From positions 558,001-622,000 of the forward strand of contig NIVC01000052.1 in NCBI GenBank assembly GCA_002269645.1: DNA of 64,000 bases. The letters are read 5' to 3'. The notes beneath the pieces are model-generated. The model worked only from the letters and a program-made list of their open reading frames with translations, did no database searches and was not told where the DNA came from. The first letter of the stretch is position 1. Each line of letters begins with the position of its first letter. Positions 31,301 to 44,149 of the stretch are shown here, piece after piece. The stretch comes from Macrostomum lignano. Its lineage: Eukaryota. The position numbers were made by a program, and so were the translations under genes.

Positions 31301-34300
31301 ATTGACACCCCAATCCGACCATAGAATCACAAATTGACACCCCAATCTGACCATAGAATCAACGAATTGACACCCCAATCTGATTATAGAATCACGAATT
31401 GACACCCCAATCTGACCATAGAATCACGAATTGACACCCCAATCTGACCATAGAATCACGAATTGACACCCCAATCTGACCATAGAATCACGAATTGACA
31501 CCCCAATCTGACTATAGAATCAACGAATTGACACCCCAATCCGACCATAGAATCACGAATTGACACCCCAATCTGACCATAGAATCAACGAATCAAACCC
31601 GGGCTGCAAGGACAACGTAAGAGGTGGTCCCTGCCCGGGTAATACTGACAGGATCGGTTCCTGTTGCTATACGTTCGTAGACTTCTTCGGTTGACCTGCC
31701 CAAGCCACCCGTTAGCTTGGCTGAACAAAAACTTCAGAGTATCGGTATACTCTCGCCCCATGCAACCTTTCTGATCCAAACTCTATACTCTACTTATCAG
31801 TAGACAAACTCTGACTCTCAATTCAGCAAAAAATAAACTTTAAAAGAAATTCGATCGCTCGATTTCTGCTCCAGACACGGCTGTGTGGCGGTTCTCCTAG
31901 TTGGAGTGCTCACAATGTTTACATCAGCCATTGGTAATGGTTTGTATAGATTATAATCAAATCGATATGCAACTTTGCCAAGTGAACATTTGCCTCGTCA
32001 AACCCTGCTCCCGACCTTGCAGTGTACAGCCTGGCTGACAGTTTCTGGGCATTTCTAGCCGGTCGATCAATCCACGGACTTGGCTCCTCGTGCACCGCCA
32101 TCGCTGGTGAGAGCATTTCACTGAGTTGCCTGTCACCTGTCAGTATTTGCTGACACTTCTCAACTCCCCAATTTGCAGGCTTCGCCCTGTTGGCTTACAT
32201 TTTCCCCGACGAGCAGTCGCGTTCGAAAGCCATGGGACTGGCGCTGGGTGGACAGGCCATGGGAGTGCTGAGTAAGCTTTCACGCCTGTCTGTTTGGTGT
32301 CCATGGGCTGAGAAGCAAAGTGCTGAACGCAGAATGCCCAGTGCAGGTTTCTTCGAACTGATTGCTGTGTACTGTGTTGAGGGGGTTGTAGTTTAGTGGT
32401 CAGAGCGTTGGACTCACGACTGAAAGGTCGGGGGTTCGATTCTCGATCCCACTGGAACAATTTGTGTCCTTGAGCAAGAGACTTAACTCTGCATTGCTTC
32501 AGTTCACCCAGCTGTAAGATGGGTGCCAGCATTAGTTGGGGTATAGTTAAGGGTGTGTGTGGTGACACCCCGTCCCAACCCCAGTCCTTGGACTGAACAG
32601 CCGTACGCAGCCTGCAGATGCGCCGCGCAATAGCTGCGGCTTGAGCTGTCAGTTGCCCATCTGCCCAATAGTGCAGGTGTAATCAATTATTATTATTATT
32701 TATTATTGAGTGCTGAAATTAGTGCTAAGTGCTAGTGCTAAGAACATTGTCTTATTGGGTGCTGAGTGCTGCTGTTGAATGGCAAAAAAGGGAGAAGTTT
32801 AAGGCAGACTCAGTGATCAGAGAACTTGATTTTGGTTTATGAGCAGTCTGAGGTCAAATTCTCCGTATTCTCCATCAATTTTCAGTCGGATTTCCCTTCG
32901 GCTCCGTGCTGTATCAGTTCTGCGGCAGGCAAATGCCGTTCGCTCTGATTAGCGTTGGACTGTTTTTTGAGCTGGGTGAGCGAGCGTTGAGTTTCCTCCT
33001 GTTGCTGTGGCTTGAAGTCGATTTTTTTAATGAACTTGATGTGACATTTTACAGGGCTGATGACTTTCCTTCTGAGATCGAATCATCAGGGCAAGGTAGG
33101 CTGATGAAGATAGCAATTGTCTACTGGTATGGCTAAAATTCTACTTCCTTCTCCACCTTGATTCCCGACTCCACTTCTGCTTCTCTGACTCTGCTTCTCC
33201 ATTGTTGACTTCACCTCTCCTCTACTGACTCCAATTCACCTTCCTTCCTCCCATTCCTCAGGTGGAATGGGGCGAGCGGCAGTCTCTCGCCACTCTGCTG
33301 TGCGACCGCTACATCCTCATAGCAACTTTGGGCGTATTCCTCCAGGAGGCTGGAATCTCTCTGCTGGAGAGTACCATCCCCATCTGGATTGAGAAGACTA
33401 TGCGAGCCGAGAAGTGGCAGCTGGGTGAGCAGGCTGATGAGGCAGACAATAAAAAATTATCGATACCACAAAAAACAACAGACTGCCTTCGAATCCATTC
33501 AACTAGGCGCCGTGTTTCTCCCGGACAGCGTCGCCTTCCTGTTGTCATCGAATCTGGTCGGTGCTCACAGTTCCGTAGGCGAAGACTGGCTGAAGGCCCT
33601 GCTTAGCTTCACCCTGTCCGGTGTGTGCTTCGCAGTGGTGAGTTGTAATCGTTTTTTGCTTTGAGTGAAAGTTTTGTAAGCAGTTAATTACAGCCAATAG
33701 AAACTATGAAATTAGGAGTAAGTGGTGCTTCTGGGGGGGAGGGGCACTTTCGATGGGTAGGTACTAGTAGAAGGAGGAGCCAATGAAAGGGCAAATAGGA
33801 GAGGAGAATACTTTACTCTCACACCCGCCAGCCAATCACAGAAGGTCAGGAAGAGAGAAGAATTCTAGGCCAATGAACTCTCACTTTCTCATCTGCCAAT
33901 CAGTGTCGCTTTAAATGAAAGGTCAGAGGTGGCAGAGGAGCCTCTGTCCAAAGTGTACTAACTGATTTCTCAGTCTGACAATTGTACACCCTTGCGCTTT
34001 AAGATTCCGTCTGCCAGGACAGTCTACCACCTGCTGCTGCCGCACTTCGGAATTGGCCTGGCGCTGGGCACCGTAGACGCCTCGCTGTTTCCATTGCTTG
34101 GCAATCTGGTGGACACGCGGCATCCGGGATCCTATGGCAGCGTTTACTCGCTGTGCAACACCAGCGTGGCGGCTGCTTTCATTTTCAGTGAGCAGGCAGA
34201 CAGAACTGACTTACAGGAAACAATTGCTATTAAAACGTTCTATTTAATTGGGTTTGTGCTTCTAGAAGAGTGTAACCCACATTTTGAACGTCTAAAACGT

Positions 34301-35220
34301 CATTCACTTCAGTTCACCTCATATTCATTACAAATCTTCCTCAAATCCTACTCCAATCCAGGCCCCATCATCGGCGGCCTGCTAGTGAAGCACGCCAGCT
34401 TCACCTTCGCAGTGATTGGCATGGCCGCCCTGCACCTGCTGTTTGCCCCACTCAACCTGCTGCTGCGCCAAGCGCTGGGCGCGGCTGCCGGACAGGCGGC
34501 GGATTCTACCGGGCGCGATCTGCAGTCTGTGAGTTGCCGCCTTCCTTCTTCTTCCTGCACTGGGATTAAAACTGCCACCCCAATTTCGTGGAAACCCCAA
34601 AACGGGGCAGAGAAGAATATCTATTGGCTAGGGTATCGTGAACAGTTTGTGTGGAAAGCCAGTTAACCAGTCAGCCAATATGAATCAGCCAGTCTGTGCT
34701 GGCCACTGAAGTCTAGAAGGCGTGAGGTGGGGCAATAAAACGAGACAGAAAATAATATCGATTGGCTGAGGTGTCGTGAACAGACGAGTCTAGTTAGCTT
34801 GTGAGAAAAAGCAAATACCTAGTTAGCCAATAAGCGAGCCTATGCTGGCGAGGGCGTGAGGTGGGGCAATAAAACGAGACAGAAAATAATATCGATTGGC
34901 TGGTGGTGTGTCATGAACAGTTTGTGTGGAAAGACAGATAACCAGTCAGAAAATATTGTCTGTACCAGCACAGGGCCCGGACTGGACTGGGGTGGGTGTC
35001 CATAAAGGGGTAGAGAACTGAGGCAATGTGTATACCAGCGCGGAAGCCAATCAGAGACCAGCTGAGGAGCGTTTGGTCCTACGAGTATAATCTCATTTCA
35101 TTTACACCCCAGATTCGGCTAGTGAACTCGGACAGCGCGGCTTCCATTTATTCTGGGCGCGAAAAGCCGGCCCAAACGGACGCCGCAGCTGCCCCTTTGG
35201 TTGACCAGCTTCCTAAATGA
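28301..35220 (+). CDS. SLC18A: SLC18 (VMAT/VAChT-like) MFS vesicular amine transporter, 12 exons (28301-28430, 28806-29079, 31875-31933, 32023-32106, 32179-32271, 32886-32975, 33055-33095, 33262-33424, 33507-33637, 34004-34187, 34362-34528, 35113-35220)
   Basis: Contains [109 protein letters not shown] and TVDASLFPLLGNLVDTRHPGSYGSVY, colinear with VMAT2. All junctions are GT-AG and phase-consistent. Confidence 0.92.
29100..31590. repeat. 32/33-bp minisatellite GAATTGACACCCCAATCTGACCATAGAATCA(A)C, about 2.5 kb, in SLC18 intron 2
   Basis: About 75 tandem units with no unique spacers. Confidence 0.96.
32381..32706 (+). mobile_element. tRNA-derived SINE, family B, copy 2 (full length) in SLC18 intron 5
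   Basis: A box TAGTTTAGTGG, B box GGTTCGATTC, central GTGTCCTTGAGCAAG domain and (ATT)n tail. Homologous to 4362-4642. Confidence 0.88.
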
Positions 35221-35784
35221 AATTTAAATGGCGTTGAAGCGCAAGCCTGATTCGTAAAATCAAGGATTAACTATAATATTGATTTTTAAAAACCTTTGGC
35301 AAAACTTGCCACAAATTCGTTAGTACGATAAACTAAAAAAGATACACTCTGTCTCATTGAATTCATTAACACAAAAAACCTTTGCATGTACATCGGTAGG
35401 ATATATAAGCCCTTAGGGCCTGTGGTGTGGTTTAAATTGCGTCACTCTCACTAAAGAAAATACAAGATTAGAATTTAACCCATGCGTTTGAGCATCAATC
35501 ACTTTTCAATGTTGTTGGGTGTATTTAGTAGCTACTAATATGTAGGGTTACTGTACTAATAATATTCGTGCCACTCGGCCTATATATCATGTGCATAGCT
35601 TATCCTATTAGTGAGTAAAATAAATACTAAGATACACTCGATCAACAATCTTTGTGACCTAAAACTAAAAGGACTTTAAACATGCTTATGCGGATGCTCT
35701 TCCTAATTTTGCATGTGACTTCTATGCTCTAGACTTCCGGCCTCACACTGTGCTATCTTCCTTACTGCTTTCTATTCCAATTCC

Positions 35785-37090
35785 TCCCCGGTCCCCCATT
35801 CCCCATCCTCACCGGTTTCCCATTCCCCATCCTCACCGGTTCCTCATTCTGCATCCTCGCCGGTTCCCATTCTGCATCCTCGCCGGTTCCCATTCCGCAT
35901 CCTCACCGGTTTCCCATTCCGCGTCCTCACCGGTTCCCCATTCCCCATCCTCACCGGTTCTCCATTCCCCATCCTCACCGGTTCCCCATTCCTCATCCTC
36001 ACCGGTTTCCCATTTCGCATCCTCACCGGTTCTCCATTCCCCATCCTCACCGGTTTCCCATTCCCCATCCTCACCGGTTCCTCATTCTGCATCCTCGCCG
36101 GTTCCCATTCTGCATCCTCGCCGGTTCCCATTCCGCATCCTCACCGGTTTCCCATTCCGCGTCCTCACCGGTTCCCCATTCCCCATCCTCACCGGTTCTC
36201 CATTCCCCATCCTCACCGGTTCCCCATTCCTCATCCTCACCGGTTTCCCATTTCGCATCCTCGCCGGTTCCCATTCCGCATCCTCACCGGTTTCCCATTC
36301 CGCGTCCTCACCGGTTCCCCATTCCCCATCCTCACCGGTTCTCCATTCCCCATCCTCACCGGTTCCCCATTCCTCATCCTCACCGGTTTCCCATTTCGCA
36401 TCCTCACCGGTTCTCCATTCCCCATCCTCACCGGTTTCCCATTCCCCATCCTCACCGGTTCCCCTTTCCTCATCCTCACCGGTTTCCCATTTCGCATCCT
36501 CACCGGTTCTCCATTCCCCATCCTCACCGGTTCTCCATTCCGCATCCTCACCGGTTTCCCATTCCCCATCCTCACCGGTTCTCCATTCCCCATCCTCACC
36601 GGTTCTCCATTCCCCATCCTCACCGGTTCTCCATTCCGCATCCTCACCGGTTTCCCATTCCCCATCCTCACCGGTTCTCCATTCCCCATCCTCACCGGTT
36701 CTCCATTCCCCATCCTCACCGGTTCTCCATTCCGCATCCTCACCGGTTTCCCATTCCCCATCCTCACCGGTTCTCCATTCCCCATCCTCACCGGTTCTCC
36801 ATTCCCCATCCTCACCGGTTCCCCATTCCCCATCCTCACCGGTTCCCCATTCCCCATCCTCACCGGTTCTCCATTCCCCATCCTCACCGGTTCTCCATTC
36901 CCCATCCTCACTGGTTTCCCATTCCCCATCCTCACCGGTTCCCCATTTCGCATCCTCACCGGTTCTCCATTCCCCATCCTCACCGGTCCCCCGTTCCCCA
37001 TCCTCACCGGTCCCCCGTTTTCCATTCTCACCGGTTCTCCGTTCCCCATCCTCACCGGTTCCCCGTTTCCCATTCTAACCGGTTCCCCAT
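35785..37090. repeat. About 24-bp minisatellite CCCCATCCTCACCGGTTC(T/C)CCATT
   Basis: Tandem units, with a higher-order block of about 240 bp in the first half. Confidence 0.94.
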
Positions 37091-37616
37091 TCCAAAGCTA
37101 GGTTTCCCAGGTGATAATGCGGCAAAGCGTACATTGAATAAAAGTCAATTTTTTGTTTGCTATGGACAAAAAATCAATAAAATATCGAGGATTTGGACCT
37201 CATCGAACTGCAGCATTTCTTTGTGTATTTCTAAACCTTCGAGCTCAGACAACAAAGGAAACAAACACGACGCATAACTCGGCGATTGAGCCTAAAAACG
37301 GTAAATTTTCGTAATGAGAAGTGTGGGGAAAGCAGTCAAGGACTAAATAGACAACAAGCTAAGAGTGGGGTTTAAGTGACACATCGATCGAGTCACGTGA
37401 CAGTGTAGGTTAGTAATTAATGTAATTAGTCTTCTGTAGGATGAATGACACGGAATATAGCCATACTGTTGAAAAATATGATTAATGGATATTAAATTTT
37501 TCAATCATTGGGGTTTAAAAGTCCGAAATGAAATACTTGCAGCCTGACAAATACTATCAATAATTGCAAGGACCAACACGAGAACAATTTATTTTTCGAA
37601 GCAGCGTGCGAATAAC

Positions 37617-37983
<367 letters not shown>

Positions 37984-38312
37984 AAATATTTCATTGTGCA
38001 AAATTTACGACGTCAAAAGCTACCCAGCAATAGATTACCAACAAACCAACCAAGTCTACATTGAAAAGTACATAAAGTACCGAAAACCTATTCCATTACA
38101 TCCATTTCGGTAATCCGAACACGACACCTGCAGCCAGTATAAAAAATGATATTCATAAATTTTATAAAGCAGACAGGACAACAAATTAATGTTTGAAGTC
38201 GGAGCGACTTTGCACAGAAGTGAAACACAAGAGAGCAAAACTGGTTTGCGTTTTGACTTTCTGAGAATATAACAGACCAGGGTCATTGTCGCCATGCTGC
38301 TTAATCGGGTGC

Positions 38313-41300
38313 TCAAAATCCAAATCCTTTGTGAGTGGACTCCCAAGCGCGTACCGCCTCGAGCTGCTGCTTTACAGAGGTGGTCAGGAGCGGCAGAAGC
38401 TCCTGCAGCTGCTGCACCGACGAGACGCTGGTCACGAGGTCTCGGAATGCGCGCCTGTCAGGTTTATGGTTTGTTAAAGAAGAGCATTCTATTTCAAAAT
38501 GAGTCGCATGCCTCTCAAAAATTGATAATATCTCCAAGTTTTGCGATACTGTGAGCTGGACATCAAAACAAACACGTAGCCATTAGGTTGCCGTGTTAAG
38601 TTAAAAAAGTATCCTGTTAAATTCGCACCAAAAACCCGTGAAAAACTTTTAAAATCGCGCTAAAAACCCGGAAAACGCTATTCTAGTATTTTTCTGGCGA
38701 CTTTTAACAAATCTAAATTTAAATGTTCTGCTTCTCATATCCGTGATTCTTTGTTTTTTGGCGCCAATTCGAATTACCAAAGTGACCTTATTTTTAAAAC
38801 AAAGTAAGTAAAAACTCACGAGGTGAAGGCGCGACTCAGCACGGACAGGGTGCTGAGTGAGAAGGTCGAGTGCAGCACGTAGATTCTGCGCAGCGAGGAC
38901 TGGGTCTCCAGCCATGCGGTAGCCTGCTTCATCCAGGCCACCTTGGGGAACTGGCCGCGAGTGGCTGGCGAGTGCAGAAACACCAAGGCAAAACTGGGAG
39001 TGCGGATCTGCCTGATGGCGTGACTGAGCAGTCTGCCGAGGGGTGAGGAGGGGATTGCTAATCTAGCCAACACATCATGGATGAAGGAATAGAATGGATT
39101 GCTAATCTAGTCAACACATCATGTATGAAGGAATAGAATGGATTGCTAATCTAGCCAACACATCATGGATGTATAAATAGATGAATAACTAATCTTTAGC
39201 AATTGTTAAGAAACGCTATTCATACTACTCAGGTCTGAATTATCAGTAGATTAATAATATTTATCTCTTGGCATGCCCTGGGTTGATGCTTTCTGTTCTC
39301 TCATCTGTTTTAATTACATATCTTTATCTCCACCTGGCTCATTGCTCGAAAATATACCCCCTCGCGCGTGCCTCTCACTGGCAACTTGAGCTCGGGGCAT
39401 TGCATTGTAAGCCTCACAGATGCTCAGAGTCAAGAGAAGTCAGCATCTAATGAAATGGCAAAGGTGAAGTGCGGGAGCGCTGAGAGGCAGGCTCGGCAAT
39501 ATAGAGCTGGCTTGTGATGCTGCTCACGAAAAAATGAGCATCATTTTCTAACTCAGAGCTCCGCTCCGGACGAGACAGAGTTCCGATCCCACACTCAGAG
39601 CCCCCAGGTTTCTGTCACGGGCGCCCCTGTGTCCGCTCTCATATCCCACGGGGCCGTCCTCGCTCTTCCCATCCAGACTCTCCCCCGAGGCGAGTTTCCT
39701 TCCTTACGCCGGATAAAAGTGAAGTATAAGCGAGCGGAGAGGTTACGGTCGGTCTGCGGAGCCTTTTTCTTATCTCGACTGCTTCCTAAGTCCCCAGTGT
39801 GCACTCATAATGCGCCCGAAGTATATGGCAAATTGTATGGCTATTGCAGTACAGATTCGGCACGGCTTATCCAAAGACGTATATCTCGAGACTCCGGGGA
39901 AATCCGTCCCGGAGTCATCTAGAATCCGCCCCAGATTATAAAGGGAAAATCCGCCCCAGACTCAAAGGGGAAATCCGCCCAGATTCCGAAGGGGAAATCC
40001 GCCCCAGGTTCCAAAGAGGAAATCCCCCCTAGATTCAAAAGGGGAAATCCACCCCAGACTCAAAGGGGAAATCCGCCCCAGATTCCAAAGGGGAAATCCA
40101 CCCCAAACTCAAAGGGGAAATCCGCCCAGATTCCAAAAGGAAATCCGTCCAGATTCCAAAGGGGAAATCCGCCCCAGATTCCAAAAGGAAATCCGTCCAG
40201 ATTCCAAAGGGGAAATCCGCCCCAGATTCCAAAGGGGAAATCCACCCCAGATTCCAAAGGGGAAATCCACGCCAGATTCAAAGGGGAAATCCGCCAAGAT
40301 TCCAAAGGGGAAATCAGCCCCAAATTCCAAAGGGGAAATCCGCCCCAGATTCCAAAGGGGAACTCCGCCCCAGATTCCAAAGGGGAACTCCGCCCCAGAT
40401 TCCAATGGGGAAATCCGCCCCAGATTATAAAGGGGAAATCCGCCCCAGACTCAAAGGGGAAATCCATCCCAGATTTCCAAAGGGGAAACCTCCCCAGATT
40501 CCAAAGGGGAAATCCGCCCCAGATTCCAAAGGGGAAATCCACCCCAGATTCCAAAGGGGAAATCCACGCCAGATTCAAAGGGGAAATCCGCCAAGATTCC
40601 AAAGGGGAAATCCGCCCCCCCCCAGATTCCAAAGGGGAAATCAGCCCCAAATTCCAAAGGGGAAATCCGCCCCAGATTCCAAAGGGGAACTCCGCCCCAG
40701 ATTCCAATGGGGAAATCCGCCCCAGATTATAAAGGGGAAATCCGCCCCAGACTCAAAGGGGAAATCCATCCCAGATTTCCAAAGGGGAAACCTCCCCAGA
40801 TTCCAAAGGGGAAATCCGCCCCAGATTCCAAAGGGGAAATCCACCCCAGATTCCAAAGGGGAAATCGTCCCAGATTTCGAAAGGGGAAATCCGCCCCAGA
40901 TTCCAATGGGGAAATCCGCCCCAGATTCCAAAAGAAAATCCGCCCCAGACTCAAAAGGGAAATCCGCCCCAGATCATACATGTAAAGGGGAAATCCATAT
41001 TCACCCCAGATTAAAAAGGGGAAATCCGCCCCAGATTCCAAAAGGAAATCCGCCCCAGACTCAAAAAGGGAAATCCGCCCCAGATCATACATGTAAAGGG
41101 GAAATCCATATTCACCCCAGATTAAAAAGGGGAAATCCGCCCCAGATTCCAAAGGGGAAATCCGCCCCAGATTCCAAAGGGGAAATCCGCCCCAGATTCC
41201 AAAGGGGAAATCCGCCCCAGATTCCAAAGGGGAAATCCGCCCCAGATTCCAAAGGGGAAATCCGCCCCAGATTCCAAAGGGGAAATCCGCCCCAGACTCG

Positions 41301-42404
41301 AAGGGGAAATCCGCCCCAGACTCAAAGGGGAAATCCGCCCCAGACTCAAAGGGGAAATCCGCCCCAGACTCGAAGGGGAAATCCGCCCCAGACTCAAAGG
41401 GGAAATCCGCCCCAGATTCCAAAAGGAAATCCGCCCCAGACTCAAAGGGGAAATCCGCCCCAGACTCCAAAGGGGAAATCCGCCCCAGACTCAAAGGGGA
41501 AATCCGCCCCAGACTCAAAGGGGAAATCCGCCCCAGACTCAAAGGGGAAATCCGCCCCAGACTCAAAGGGGAAATCCGCCCCAGACTCAAAGGGGAAATC
41601 CGCCCCAGACTCAAAGGGGAAATCCGCCCCAGACTCAAAGGGGAAATCCGCCCCAGACTCAAAGGGGAAATCCGCCCCACACTCACGTGAGCAGCTGCAG
41701 CATGATTCCGTCGTATTCCCGTACGGAGTCGCAGTCTGGCAGCCGTGAGGCGTCGAACACCAGCAGGGTTGCAGCGGGTCCGCAGCCTTCGCTGAGCACC
41801 CCGGCATGACTCAGGCAGCGCAGGTAGGGGCCGAGCAGCGCCAGGTCCACCGCTGTTGACCGCTCGGATTTTGGTCTGGCCTCCGGCAGGCGGAACTCGC
41901 TGCGATGTCTGGTCAGCTGCTCCACTGCAGAGCTGAGCTGTGAGTCTGGGGTGGGGAAATGAGATGGGTTGGCTGGAGGCGTGAGGTGGGTGATGTGAGT
42001 GAGGCAGGTGAAGGGAGTGAGGTGGGTAATGGGAGTGGAGTGGGAGAAGGGAGTGATGTGGGTCTTGGGAGTGAGGTGGGGGAAGGGAGTGAGGTGGGTG
42101 ATGGGAGTGAGGTGGGTGAAGGGAGTGGCGTGGGTGTTGGGAGTGAGGTGGGTGATGGGGAGTAAAGCGTAATCTAAATATACTAAATCTCTAATATTTG
42201 TATGTTTGTCCATAACGCTCTAGAGATTGCAATTCTTCACCGATTTTGATCGCGTTTTCGCCAAAATAATCTTACTAAAAGTACACAATGACTTCTTTTC
42301 AAGCAAAGGCTCGCGGCGCATTTCACTCACCATTCAATCGCGAGTTGACCATACGAGAAGCAATTTCGGTCAGGAAGGACAGGTGCTGATCATTGTTAGA
42401 ATCC

Positions 42405-42439
<35 letters not shown>

Positions 42440-43956
42440 AGGCAGCTGCTGAGGCGGCTGCGGCCCAGTGGTATGCGAGTTCTTGCATTTTGTTGGCCCG
42501 TTCATGGAGGGCAGTTCTGCAGCAGCGAGTTCGTGTTAGACTATGCAAGCATTTTCTAGTATATTCTTTAAAAACACAAACCCAAGCTCTCATAGGTCAT
42601 ACCACTGCGAGCACACCATGAGCACACCATGATCACTTATGAGCACACCATTAGCACACTATGAGCACACTATTAGCAAACTATGAGCACACTATGAGCA
42701 CACCATTAGCACACTATGAGCACACTATGAGCACACCATTAGCACAGTATGAGCACACTATGAGCACACTATGAGCACACTATGAGCACACCATTAGCAC
42801 ACTATGAGCACACTATAAGCACACTATGAGCACACTATGAGTACACCATGAGCACATCATGATCACTTATGAGCACACCATTAGCACACTGTGAGCACAC
42901 TATGAGCACACCATTAGCACACTATGAGCACACCATTAGCACACTATGAGCACACTATGAGCACACCATTAGCACAGTATGAGCACACTATGAGCACACT
43001 ATGAGCACACTATGAGCACACCATTAGCACACTATGAGCACACTATAAGCACACTATGAGCACACTATGAGTACACCATGAGCACATCATGATCACTTAT
43101 GAGCACACCATTAGCACACTGTGAGCACACTATGAGCACACCATTAGCACACTATGAGCACACCATTAGCACACTATGAGCACACTATGAGCACACTATG
43201 AGTACACCATGAGCACACAATGAGCACATCATGAGCACAGCATGAGCACACCATGAGCACAGCATGAGCACACCATGAGCACAGCATGAGCACACCATGA
43301 GCACACCATGAGCACAACATGAGCACATCATGAGCACAGCATGAGCACACCATGAGCACACCATGAGCACACCATGAGCACAGCATGAGCACACCATGAG
43401 TACAACACCATGAGCACACAATGAGCACATCATGAGCACAGCATGAGCACACCATGAGCACACCATGAGCACACCATGAGCACAGCATGAGCACACCATG
43501 AGCACACCATGAGCACACCATGAGCACACCATGAGCACACCATGAGCACACCATGAGCACATCATCAGCAGTCAGCTGGTGCACACCCCAATCATCAGAA
43601 AGCCGACCCCTGTCAACCCACCGGGCACCAGCTCCTCCGCCAGCACATCGATGGCCGCCTCCAGCACGCCAGCAACCAGGCGCTCGGCCTCCGCCTGCAG
43701 CAGCTCGGCCTGGTCGCTCCTTGGCGGCGCCCTGACAGCCGCCGCGCGCAGCTGCTGCCGCAGCATCTCCTTGACAGACGCGCGCAGCACTTCACACACC
43801 AAGCGTCGAGCGGCCACGGTCTCCGGGTCGTCTGACGAATTCGGGCCGTTGGCGACTCGGCCGAACTCGAAGCCGACCGGCCGGCCAGCCGAGTCACCAC
43901 CGAGTCAATGTTGTGCAGCACTGAGTTGCTCGAGTTGTTGCCCATGGTTCCGATGG
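38313..43956 (-). CDS. BNIP2/caytaxin-type BCH (CRAL-TRIO_2) domain protein; exons about 43956-43622, 42516-42331, 41924-41687, 39023-38820, 38454-38313; 5' end unresolved
   Basis: VDLALLGPYLRCLSHAG...LLVFDASRLP...YDGIMLQLL-THAIRQI..FALVFLH....FPKVAWMKQ...LRRIYVLHSTF..LSRAFTS-RAFRDLVTSVSSVQQLQELLP aligns with the BNIP2 BCH domain (VDMKAIEPYKKVISHGG...MPSLGWLRK...LKSLIIVHPSWF..TRPFISSKF). The last four junctions are GT-AG and phase-consistent. The first exon needs one frameshift. Confidence 0.8.
39920..41680. repeat. 24-25 bp minisatellite CCCCAGA(TTC/CT)CAAAGGGGAAATCCG, about 1.75 kb, in a BCH-gene intron
   Basis: Tandem units with a 302-bp higher-order duplication (40405 versus 40707). Abuts the splice donor at 41686. 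Confidence 0.95.
41965..42160. repeat. 18-bp minisatellite GTGAGGTGGGTGATGGGA
   Basis: Degenerate tandem units of the same family as 8105-8362. Confidence 0.8.
42610..43560. repeat. 11-bp minisatellite ATGAGCACAC(C/T)
   Basis: Tandem units with about 230-bp higher-order blocks. Confidence 0.94.
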
Positions 43957-44149
43957 CTGAAGCGGATGGGACATTGGGGATTTCAAGAGTTGGCGCGGGA
44001 TTTCAGAGAGATGCGCAGGAACAGATCTGGACTGAATGGATGGCCATGGAGGTCTCAAGCTGTGAATCTGGATTGGAAACTAAGAAGTTTGGAAAAGTAG
44101 GATGGGAGATGGGAGACGGGAGGAGGAAAGAAAGAGGTATATAAGATGG

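Noticed and set aside
29100-31590. CRISPR-like array of 32-33 bp repeats (also 53395-53775)
   Set aside because: Units are contiguous with no unique spacers, lie in eukaryotic introns, and no cas genes are present.
32381-32460. tRNA genes at SINE heads (also 481, 4362, 10059)
   Set aside because: A/B boxes are present but there is no complete cloverleaf acceptor stem. They continue into shared SINE bodies with tails and TSDs.
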